Source: Gammaproteobacteria bacterium (GTDB taxonomy: Bacteria > Pseudomonadota > Gammaproteobacteria > JBCCGL01). From it: a stretch of DNA of 64,000 nt. Position 1 is the first letter of the stretch. Each line of letters starts with the position of its first letter. The DNA lies in assembly GCA_965277715.1 (NCBI GenBank), contig OZ255836.1, positions 2,432,001-2,496,000 on the forward strand. The letters run 5' to 3'. The translations under genes and the position numbers were made by a program. Under the pieces are notes generated by a model. That model did not search any database. It was not told where the DNA came from and was given only the letters and a program-made list of their open reading frames with translations. This document shows positions 19,632 through 28,600 of the stretch, one piece after another.

Positions 19632-21191
19632 CAATGGCACTAAGTTAAGCGGTTTTAGCGGGTAAAATAAACGAAAAAATAACTGTAATAAACCCAATAA
19701 AAAAGGCTGAAATGTTATAATTTTGTATGAAAAATACAACCTTATTTCTACCCGGATTCAACATCCAAACACTCCGCAAAACACCCCGTTCAGCCATTCA
19801 AATCTTGCACGATAAGATAGCAAAAATACGTCACAAATCACTGAGTGAACTACCTGTTTTTCTTGGCGATATTATACCCACGAATATTCTTAAACCGAAT
19901 GATTTTGGTGTGAATAGTCGTCGACGTATTTTCAGTAAAGAAAATACTTTCTGGTTGTTTTTTTCACAAATAATGAACGCCGATGGTGGCTGTAAAGAAG
20001 TCGTTAGACAACTGCAAAATGTCGCCCACAACCAAGGCATTCCCATACCTTCATCATCCACCTCCGCCTATTGCCAAGCACGTAAAAAACTACCCATGGA
20101 CGATCTTAAAAACGTATTTTCAGGGACGTGTCGATTATCGCCACCTCAACCCAAAGCGCTCCAAGGTCGACCGGTTATCGTTGCCGATGGGACAGGCCTA
20201 TCCATGCCCGATACGCCCGCGAATCAACAAACTTACCCACAACCGAAATCACAAAAACAGGGATGCGGATTTCCTCAAGCACGGCTTTTAGCTTGTTTTA
20301 ATCTTTATAGCGGTTTAATTCTGAGCTATGCACTAGGAAATAAAAAAAGTCATGAGCTAAGACTTTTAGAAGAACAATGGGATACCTTCAATGAAGGTGA
20401 CATTTTCTTAGGTGATAAAGGTTTTTGCAGCTTCTACGATATTGACTGCCTCTCTCGACGAACGGTTGACAGTGTCGTTACATTGGCGCGGAGAACGCCC
20501 AGCACTGCCTCCCAGGCCAAAAAGAAGATAGCCGATAATGACCTTCATATTGAATGGCAAAAACCTAAACACACAAAAGCGACCCGTTACACAAAAGAGC
20601 AGCATAGCGACCTTCCAAAGACCTTAACTTTACGACAAATACACGTCAGTATTGTACGAAAAGGATTTAGGACGAACCATTTTTATATCATCACGACACT
20701 ACTTGATGCTCAGCAATATCCCGCTATAGAAATTATCGACCTCTATGCACAGCGCTGGAATGTGGAACTGTATTTTCGCAATATTAAAACCACCATGGGT
20801 ATGGATATATTACGCTGTAAAACACCTGATATGGTTCGTAAGGAAATCATCATGCACATGATTGTTTACAACACGATCAGGCACATCATGTGTGTCGCTT
20901 CATACCGACATGACACACCGGTTGATCGGCTAAGTCTTAAAGGTGTTTTGCAAACACTCCGACAAAGCACTTCATCACTTGGTAGTGGGCAGAGTCCAGC
21001 ACAAAAAAGACGGCAATATCTTGATTATTTATATGCAGCGATTGCGGATGATCGTGTGCTTCATCGACCTTTTAGATTTGAACCAAGAGTGGTAAAAAGG
21101 CGACCTAAACCACGGGCATTAATGACTCGACCAAGGAACGTTTTAAAAACTGAATATTGGCAAGCTAAAGCGGCTTAACTTAGTGCCATTG
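19632..21191 (+). mobile_element. IS4-family (IS4 subgroup) insertion sequence
   Basis: Perfect 19-bp TIRs CAATGGCACTAAGTTAAGC; flanks are not duplicated. Confidence 0.92.
19727..21178 (+). CDS. IS4-family DDE transposase
   Basis: ADGT, GFPQAR, LGDKGF, LY..RWNVELYFRNIK (YREK), EPRVVKRRPK. Confidence 0.93.
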   Translation: MKNTTLFLPGFNIQTLRKTPRSAIQILHDKIAKIRHKSLSELPVFLGDIIPTNILKPNDFGVNSRRRIFSKENTFWLFFSQIMNADGGCKEVVRQLQNVAHNQGIPIPSSSTSAYCQARKKLPMDDLKNVFSGTCRLSPPQPKALQGRPVIVADGTGLSMPDTPANQQTYPQPKSQKQGCGFPQARLLACFNLYSGLILSYALGNKKSHELRLLEEQWDTFNEGDIFLGDKGFCSFYDIDCLSRRTVDSVVTLARRTPSTASQAKKKIADNDLHIEWQKPKHTKATRYTKEQHSDLPKTLTLRQIHVSIVRKGFRTNHFYIITTLLDAQQYPAIEIIDLYAQRWNVELYFRNIKTTMGMDILRCKTPDMVRKEIIMHMIVYNTIRHIMCVASYRHDTPVDRLSLKGVLQTLRQSTSSLGSGQSPAQKRRQYLDYLYAAIADDRVLHRPFRFEPRVVKRRPKPRALMTRPRNVLKTEYWQAKAA

Positions 21192-21549
21192 GCCTCTGAT
21201 CACCACTGCCTTGTTTACAGCAATGGGCGATCCGGGTTTTTATAAAAACGGGCGTGAGTTTTCCGCCTTTTTGGGTCTCGTTCCTCGTCAATATAGTTCG
21301 GGGAGCAAAACGCAACTCAAAGGTATCAGTAAACGCGGGGACGAACACGTGCGCACTTTGTTGATACAGGGGGCGCAAGCGGCATTAAGTCGAATGCCTA
21401 AACACGATGATGGGCTAAGTCGTTGGGCCTGTCGTGTCAAAGCACGTCGGGGCCATTGTGTGGCGGCGGTGGCATTGGCCAATAAGCTCGCCAGAATTAA
21501 CTGGGCGGTAGCGGCTAATAATACAACTTACGTGTATAAAACAGCTTAA
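21192..21549 (+). pseudogene. IS110/IS1111 transposase C-terminal fragment
   Basis: F.NGREFSAFLGLVPRQYSSG.K..L.GISKRGD...RTLLIQGA...A.VALANKLARI.WA; cut at the IS4 end. Confidence 0.9.
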
Positions 21550-21840
21550 TAACGTCGTTGAAGATTTCTTACCACGAGGTAGCGAAAGAGCAGTAAATGG
21601 TATAACAGGTTAAACCGGCTCAGACAGAACCTGGAGGGGGTCATGGTCTTCACAGACCGATTGCTTGATGAGGTGTCTGAGCACGGTTCCCATTATGGCT
21701 CTGGACGGATAAACAAATACAATCCGTCCTATTGAGAAGCCGAATATATGACTGCTAACCTTATTTACTGTGGCTGCTCTGAACGCTAAAAAATGAATGA
21801 ACGATTAAAAAATTGTTGAATTTAACTGCGGGTCCATATA
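21550..21840 (+). ncRNA. IS1111 right non-coding end, predicted bridge/seek RNA
   Basis: Stem GCTCAGACA(21618)/TGTCTGAGC(21674) with inner hairpin GGTCT-TCAC-AGACC; second hairpin GGACGGAT/ATCCGTCC; TTGAAT -35 and GGGTCCATATA end. Confidence 0.6.
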
Positions 21841-21882
21841 TGACCCCTTTTACTGATCCCTTTTCTCTTTTCTCTCTCATTT

Positions 21883-22449
21883 TTAATCTTTAAGTCTTTC
21901 ACTATAAGGATCTTTAGCTGCCACAGATATTGTTAGCCCTATACATTGAACAAAAATCAATATTCCTAACATACGAAACAAAAACCCTTTGTGGCCTTTC
22001 ATCAATAAAATTGCTAAATACTTTTTTGCAAATATATGCCCTAAATTCGATGCACGTTCATAATATTGCAACGCCCTTTCTTTATCTGATGTTACACCAC
22101 GCCCTATATCGTATATCCAACCAAGCCGAAACAAAGCAGGTGAATATTTATTTTCTGCTGCTTTAAGATACCAAATTTTAGTTTCTTCAAAATCACCTTG
22201 CTTCGCATAGAGTTTAGCTAAATAAAATTGCGCCTCTGAAGATCCAAGTTTCGCCGCATGCTTATAATAGAAAAAAGATTTTTCAAAGTCTTTTTCAACC
22301 CCTAATCCCTTCTGATACATCCAACCAAGAAAAACTTGACTAGGGACAGAACCTTCTGCAGCTAGTTTTTTGTATATTAAAAAGGCTTTTTTGTATTCTT
22401 CATCATAGTAATGCTGCTCAGCAATTGTATATTGATCTTTATTTGACAT
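21883..22449 (-). CDS. Sel1-repeat (TPR) immunity protein (cassette 5)
   Basis: Repeated LG..Y..G.GV.KD..KA..YY..AA..G Sel1 units. Confidence 0.88.
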   Translation of the reverse strand: MSNKDQYTIAEQHYYDEEYKKAFLIYKKLAAEGSVPSQVFLGWMYQKGLGVEKDFEKSFFYYKHAAKLGSSEAQFYLAKLYAKQGDFEETKIWYLKAAENKYSPALFRLGWIYDIGRGVTSDKERALQYYERASNLGHIFAKKYLAILLMKGHKGFLFRMLGILIFVQCIGLTISVAAKDPYSERLKD

Positions 22450-22468
22450 AAGTTTAAATGCTCATAGT

Positions 22469-22960
22469 AATTAAACACTACTAGGCGGTTTAGGAGGTAA
22501 AGTTGGATTACTAGGATCAACCGGCGATGCTGGTGGATCATAAGGCTGTTCAGCAGGAGGAGGATTTCGATTAGGAAGTCTGGGTGGTCTAGGCGAACCA
22601 GCCCCCCCCCATCTTGTGCATCATCAACCTGTTTAGAAAGAAGCCTACATAAAAGATATGCGATCATTGCGCCTTTGCTTGGCCTCTTTGGAGGTTTGCA
22701 CTTATCTTTTTCTTTTGGTTTCTTATTATCACTGGTAGAACACTGCTGAGCTGCTAAACCAAATAAATCAAAAAAACCAAATAAATTAAAAAAATTAAAA
22801 AAAGATTAGTGGATTACTCCCAACATAAGCATAAGTATTAATTCCTCCATAAAGACCTATAGGATCACTATTTATATATCTCCCTGTCGTGGGACCGTAA
22901 GTGCGGAAGTAGTTGTAATGTAAGTTGGTTTCACGATCAAAATACTGCCCAGCAAGTACT
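22469..22960 (-). pseudogene. Orphan Rhs-CT, disrupted (cassette 5)
   Basis: LAGQYFDRETNLHYNYFRTY...DPIGLYGGINTYAYVGSNP, then an AT-rich micro-duplication (~22757-22805) and a poly-G frameshift; Pro-rich CT. Confidence 0.8.
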
Positions 22961-23365
22961 TGCTCCGACGACCACCTACACCAACAAAACCATTTTCACC
23001 TGACACAACAATCACTTAACACACAATTTCCCAGGGACAACAACACACCTCTAAAAGTTTTACCTAGACACACCTTTTCCGCTAAATCACCCCATTTTGC
23101 AAGTACTTTTTTCTTTTAGCCGCCAGTCCCCGATACCAACACCAGGAAACAGCCGGGGATAAACCCCGGCCCTTGGGCGGTGGTTATTTGCATTCCCTCC
23201 AGTACGGATACCCTACTCGGTTGTAGTATTCCTCTGCTTTCATTCGCTCATCACTGCCATTGCTCAGATAATCCCCTTCATACAGTTCGCAAAGATCTGC
23301 GATAAACCCTTTTAACACCCGTTCGGGTTTAACCCCTTCTTGTTCACAACGATCTATAAAAGCTT
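22961..23365 (-). repeat. Inverted paralog of 18214-18620 (5'-truncated small ORF + hairpin + spacer)
   Basis: Reverse complement matches AAGC(C/T)TTTATAGATCGTTGTGAACAAGA...GGGGACTGGCGGCTAAAGAAAAAAAG...TCGGAGCAAGTACTTGCTGGG. Confidence 0.85.
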
Positions 23366-23556
23366 TATGGTATAGATGGGTAAAATATCAGATTTTAATA
23401 GGGTAAAAATATTTTTTGTTATGATCAGAGCGTGGCAAAAACATCGGAAAAATGAACAATATTATGATCGATAATTTGGGAATTTATACGATCAGAAAGC
23501 GGTACGCTACAAGAAAGTCGCACGCTACAATATTTTTATGAATCTGCGTTCTTATT

Positions 23557-23973
23557 TTAAATATCAAACCCCAAAGAAATTTTTAATTTTGAAAGACGAT
23601 CAAGTAGTTGCCAGTCAAATATATCAGCATAACTAATATATTTATCTTTCTCGCCAAAAATAACTAAGGAAAACCTCCCTCCAGACAAGAACAATCCAGA
23701 CCAATATTGATCGTCTTTTTCAAACTCTTCTAAAATCCCCGCTATTAAATCAGTTCCACATAACCCCTTTTCGTTTTCCAGTCTTAAACAGCAATATGAA
23801 TGGTCATATTTTCCATCAAGCCTTTTGCCTTTAGGTGTTTTTCGCTGACTATTTGCTTTCCATATGCGAAACGGATTAATACCAAGCTTTTTTGCTGCAA
23901 ACTCAAGATTTTCTTCAGGATGTTTAATTTGAAATGAAATTTTAAATTTGTGATTTACCATACCCAAACTCAT
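23557..23973 (-). CDS. DUF4279-like immunity protein (cassette 6)
   Basis: ISFQIKHP...LG..P...W......TPKG..L.G.Y..SY..; L..L..L.I.L..D C-terminus. Confidence 0.65.
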   Translation of the reverse strand: MSLGMVNHKFKISFQIKHPEENLEFAAKKLGINPFRIWKANSQRKTPKGKRLDGKYDHSYCCLRLENEKGLCGTDLIAGILEEFEKDDQYWSGLFLSGGRFSLVIFGEKDKYISYADIFDWQLLDRLSKLKISLGFDI

Positions 23974-23975
23974 AA

Positions 23976-24072
23976 ATTATTCACACAGGCCTGTAGGTCT
24001 ATTCGTATAATCATCCGCTGGGCCATGATTTACAGAAGGTCCATCGGGATTGCTAGTTATTACATCGTCATT
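23976..24072 (-). pseudogene. C-terminal remnant of a toxin gene cut by the Y1 element
   Basis: NDDVITSNPDGPSVNHGPADDYTNRPTGLCE* ends 2 bp before the immunity start. Confidence 0.55.
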
Positions 24073-24098
24073 AGAGCAGAAAAAAGAAAAGAAAAAAA

Positions 24099-25124
24099 GG
24101 GGTCAATCGTATTTAATATTTTTCAAACGGTTGCAAACCTGCTCAAACACGCCCTTCAAGCTGCCGTCTGACAGCCCACTCTTTACATAATCAATTGCAG
24201 GAGAAAGGCTACTAACACGACTATATCCAAACATATCAACCAGCGTTTTTAACGGCATATCCCCCAATTGCTGACAACAATATATCGCTACTTTACGAGG
24301 CAGATTCGCCCGTTGTCTCCCCCGCTGTCGCGTAAGTACATCACTCGCGTTAACGCCAAACACCGCTGCCACTACATCGAATATAGCTGCACCGTTTGGC
24401 TTGTCCGTCACAATAAGGGACAAGTCCCCCGATATGTGCATCGACGGTTTTCGGCAATATACGTCTTGAAGGATTTGTCACCCAGTATCGTCGCCACATT
24501 GCCTTTGTTATAAAAACGGCTAATGTCCTCATCAATACCTCGACCAACATATGTCTTATAAGCAACGTAACGTTGTTTAGCACCGAGTGCACTATAGGCT
24601 GCCTCTCGATACAACCATTCTGGTGCTTTGGCTTGGTTGATGTAAGCGTGGTAACTCGACCAGGAATAGCTATCGAGCTTATCCGCTGTTACACCTTTTA
24701 CTTCTATTGGGTTACGATGAATGTAACGGCTTAAGGGTAATAAGTAGTCATCTGCATCCACAATAATCGCTGTATAACGACCGCGAAAAAGAGGCCCATC
24801 CGTGCGTCTAAGCCGGTTGTAGCGTTGTGTGTAGATACCATTGATATGCCGCATGATGCGATCCAGGTTAGCACGAGGGGTTTCGATCAATAGATGATAA
24901 TGATTACCCATCAAACAGTAAGCGTGGATGCAGGCATCAAAGCGTTTATGTGCTTCATTGAGCGTTTGTAGAAATGCCTGGTAGTAAACTTCGCCATGAA
25001 AGATGGTCTGTCTGGCTTTGCCACGATTCATAACGTGGTAGTAGGCATTTTCGTATTGTATTCGAGTAGGTCTAGGCATCGTTTAAATTTATACTATTTT
25101 GAAAATATTAAATAGGATTGACCC
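24099..25124 (-). mobile_element. TIR-flanked Y1/HUH transposase element, copy 3 (gene 24103-25079, frameshift near 24445)
   Basis: Same TIRs as copy 1; the first 223 aa keep HUH and YIHRNP; a 4-bp deletion separates the C-terminal HTH. Confidence 0.88.
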
Positions 25125-25333
25125 GAATGGCACTTCCTTAAGGCGTAAGCAACTGATAGTAAAGAGTTTATTTATTCTTTCTAAGAAACAAAAATGATAT
25201 TTTGAAAGTTGCCGCCAATGATAACCGGGATAGTTTTACAAATATTGCTTTCAAAAACCATATGCCAAGTTATCTTAACCAAACACGTAATACCAATACT
25301 TTCAAATACTTACAGCTTAAGGAAGTGCCATTC
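25125..25333 (+). mobile_element. IS4-type MITE, complete
   Basis: 18-bp TIRs; flanks AGGATTGACCC / AGGGTTGATTC look like a decayed 11-bp duplication. Confidence 0.9.
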
Positions 25334-25399
25334 AGGGTTGATTCCTTTTACTATTTGATTGATATTAAATTGCATTGACCCCTTTTATGCAGAGCGCTA

Positions 25400-25570
25400 T
25401 CACCTAGACAATAAACTACCCACAATAAATAGAGTGCAGCAAAAAATTAACACTAATACTGAAAAACCCACAAAACCAGATAAGTCACTATTTTCATCAT
25501 ATTGTTTCTTGAACAAATACTTTCCTAAAATATTTCCTATAAGCCTAGAAAAAAAATAAATAAATTCCAT
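25400..25570 (-). CDS. 56-aa membrane protein, putative immunity of the main Rhs (below ORF-track cutoff)
   Basis: MEFIYFFSRLIGNILGKYLFKKQYDENSDLSGFVGFSVLVLIFCCTLFIVGSLLSR*; TAAGGG RBS-like sequence; first gene after rhs. Confidence 0.6.
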   Translation of the reverse strand: MEFIYFFSRLIGNILGKYLFKKQYDENSDLSGFVGFSVLVLIFCCTLFIVGSLLSR

Positions 25571-25620
25571 ACCCTTACTTAAATTTAAATAGCTAAAAAA
25601 ATAGACATATAAAATATACT

Positions 25621-28600
25621 TTATTTACAATGTGGGTTACCAGAGGTTCGGTTACCTAGATACGGAATCGCTGGAAAACGGCCATCCTCATCTGGTATAG
25701 GAAAATTAGAAGCCCCTATTTTACCACTAAATTTTATTCCTGATTTTATTGGGAAAGCCACGTATACAGGACCTGCAGGTATACTAAGATATCCAAGATC
25801 GGCAGCTATATTTCTAACTAAGTTAATAGTATTAGCATGTTGTATCTGTGAATTAGTACTACCTCCATATGGATTTCTCATCATAGGCGCAGTATGTGCA
25901 GGGAAAAATGTACTTGCACCGAATAAGCCGTATATGTCACTCCAATATAGTGGATTCCCTTGAACATAGCCATAAGTATTAAACCCACCATTGAGTCCAA
26001 TCGGATCACTCTGAGTATACCGTCCAGTGGTAGGATCGTAAGTCCTAAAGTAGTTGTAATGTAAGTCGGTTTCTTGATCAAAATACTGCCCAGCAAACCG
26101 CAAATTCACAACAACATCTTTACCGTTGCCATCTGGATCACTTTTACTCAGCGTATCACCAAATGCTTCACCCTCCCAACGCCATACAATATTCCCACCT
26201 GAATCCGTCGCAAAACGGGGCGTCATCAGGTGATCGGTGTGAAGGTAGTAGATTGTATCGCTATCTGCAATAGCATCATATTCAATTTGTGCTATAGGCG
26301 CATAATCCAGCCAGATATAATCCTTTATAGGTTCTCCTCGCTCATTCGTTTCACTTATCAGCATTCCCTGAAAATCATAATGGTAGACGGTGGTGCTAAT
26401 AGTATTATCCGTATTAACCACCACTTTACGCGTGCGCTGCCCCATCGCGTTATGGATGTAAGTCGCCTTTAGTGCGCCTTCGATAAATAACTGATCCCAA
26501 CGGTTCGCGTCGTTATAGGTTCTCGTTTGACTAGGCTGTACAGGCACAACCGCGTTGTTACCCCGGAAACGTTTTTCGACGAAATTAAGCCGGTTACTGT
26601 CAGGCGAGTAGTCGTAACGGGTCATTTCCAAGTCATTTCTAACACGGCTCGTTCGGTTACCATTTAAGTCGTATCCATATGAGTCTGAAGTGCCACCTTT
26701 GATTCTGTCATCTATTAGCCTATCTAAGGCGTCATACTGATAACCACTGTCTTGAGGTGTTGTAGTGCGACTGAGGATATTGCCATTGGCATCGTAACTA
26801 TAGTTGCGTGAGTCGATAGCACCTGTGTTCTGGCTTACCAAACGCCCCTGTAGATCGTAACTACGGCTCTCTTGTAAACCATTACCTATAGTACAACTCA
26901 ATAAACGATTATCACCCCGGTAGGTAATACCGTTAGCTACTGTGTGATCCGAACCATTTATCTCCGCACCTATCGAATCTACTCTGCGCACTCCATCCCT
27001 ATTAATTGTTATCGCTCGACCACTGGGGTAAGTCATGCCAATTAAGTTATCACCGTTATCGTAACGGTAGCGCGTAACATATTCCTGACTTAATTCTACC
27101 TTAGTCATACTGACAACATTGCCATGCGCATCGTAAGCGTAACTGTAGGTGCCACTTTCATCTTCAACACCGCAAAGCCTTCCCGTGCCATAAGGACAAT
27201 TGTCATAAGTGTATGTCACATTCTCAGAACTATCCGGGAACGTTTTCGACACCAATCGCTCAAGCTCATCATAGATATAATCGACAACAATACCTCTTGC
27301 ATCTGTCATTCGGGTTAGGTTATTAACCAAGTCATAGCTATAGCGAATCTCTCCGCGATCTGAACTAGACTCTTTGGTTCTTCTAGCCAACAGATCATAT
27401 TCATAGCGGGTTGTCACACTATTTGGCGCGACAACCTCGGTAACCTGATCACGCGTATCATAGGCATAGCGAGTGGTGCCACTTAGTCTATGTACATTTG
27501 AAATTTTTCTATCAGCCCGGTCGTAACTATCACTCTCAGTATTCCCATTAGGATCAGTGACACTAATACTGTTGTTATTTTTATCCCAACCAAAACGAGT
27601 TATAGAATCCTCATCATCGGTATGCGGAACTGCTATACGCTCCAGACGATTACGGTTATCAAAGTATTGTTGGAGCGTTAAGGCAAGACTACTATCACGA
27701 TTAAGACTGTCAGTTTTAATCAAATTATTATAGGCGTCATACACCATTCGTATTTGCTGGCCCAAGTTATCAGTAACACTTGAGAGCCTCCCTTTAGCAT
27801 CATACACAAATGTCATTACAATGCCGTCCGGTGTAATAGTTTGCGTGTTTTGCCCCGCCTCGTCGTAGCTATATTGCGTAATTTTTACATTACCTGCCTC
27901 ATTCGCCGGTGGAGTCTCAACAACGCGCTCAACGAGCCCCTGGTTATTATAGAAATAAGCGGTGTCCAAACCTACCGGATCAACCATCCGGGTAACAAGG
28001 CCACGAGTATCATAACTCATTGTCGTTGTGTGCCCTAAATGGTTGGTAATAGAGGTAGCATTACCCTTTTCGTCTCTGATCCAGTTAGTCGTGTGGCCAC
28101 GGGGGTTAGTGATTTTAGTTAATAGACTGTGCTTATCGTAAGTATAATTATAAGCCGCTTGATTAAAACTTTCTTGTATACGCAGGATATTGCCTAACGC
28201 ATCAAAATCTTTCTCCATAATCGAACCATTTGGGCGCGTTGTGCTAACAGGCAAGCTATTTTCATCACGTTCAATAGTTGTGGTTCTATGTAAGAAATCT
28301 GTTACGCGAGTTGGGTAGTTTCTATCGTCCGTCTCTTGAATTACTCTGTTGCCGTTAGGGTCGATATAAATATTTTCAACATCTCGATTCAACGGCGGAC
28401 CATCAGCCAACTGTGTAGGTGAGGCAGTTTCAGCATCAGAATCCAGTAACCCTATAACGTGGCTAATTTGAAAACTCAGTGTACTGCCATCTGGCAAATG
28501 GGCACGCTTTACGCGTCCAGAAAAATCGTATTCGTATCTCTTTGTGTTACCGCGTTGATCCGTTTGTGCACTCATCAGGTGAGCTTGCCCTGATTGATAC

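Noticed and set aside
8153-25386. CRISPR array suggested by recurring repeats
   Set aside because: Repeats are irregularly spaced, in both orientations, separated by whole genes, and no cas genes are present
12600-25600. Classical integron cassette array
   Set aside because: No intI and no consistent RYYYAAC...GTTRRRY attC sites; the only tyrosine recombinase is a canonical XerC more than 35 kb away
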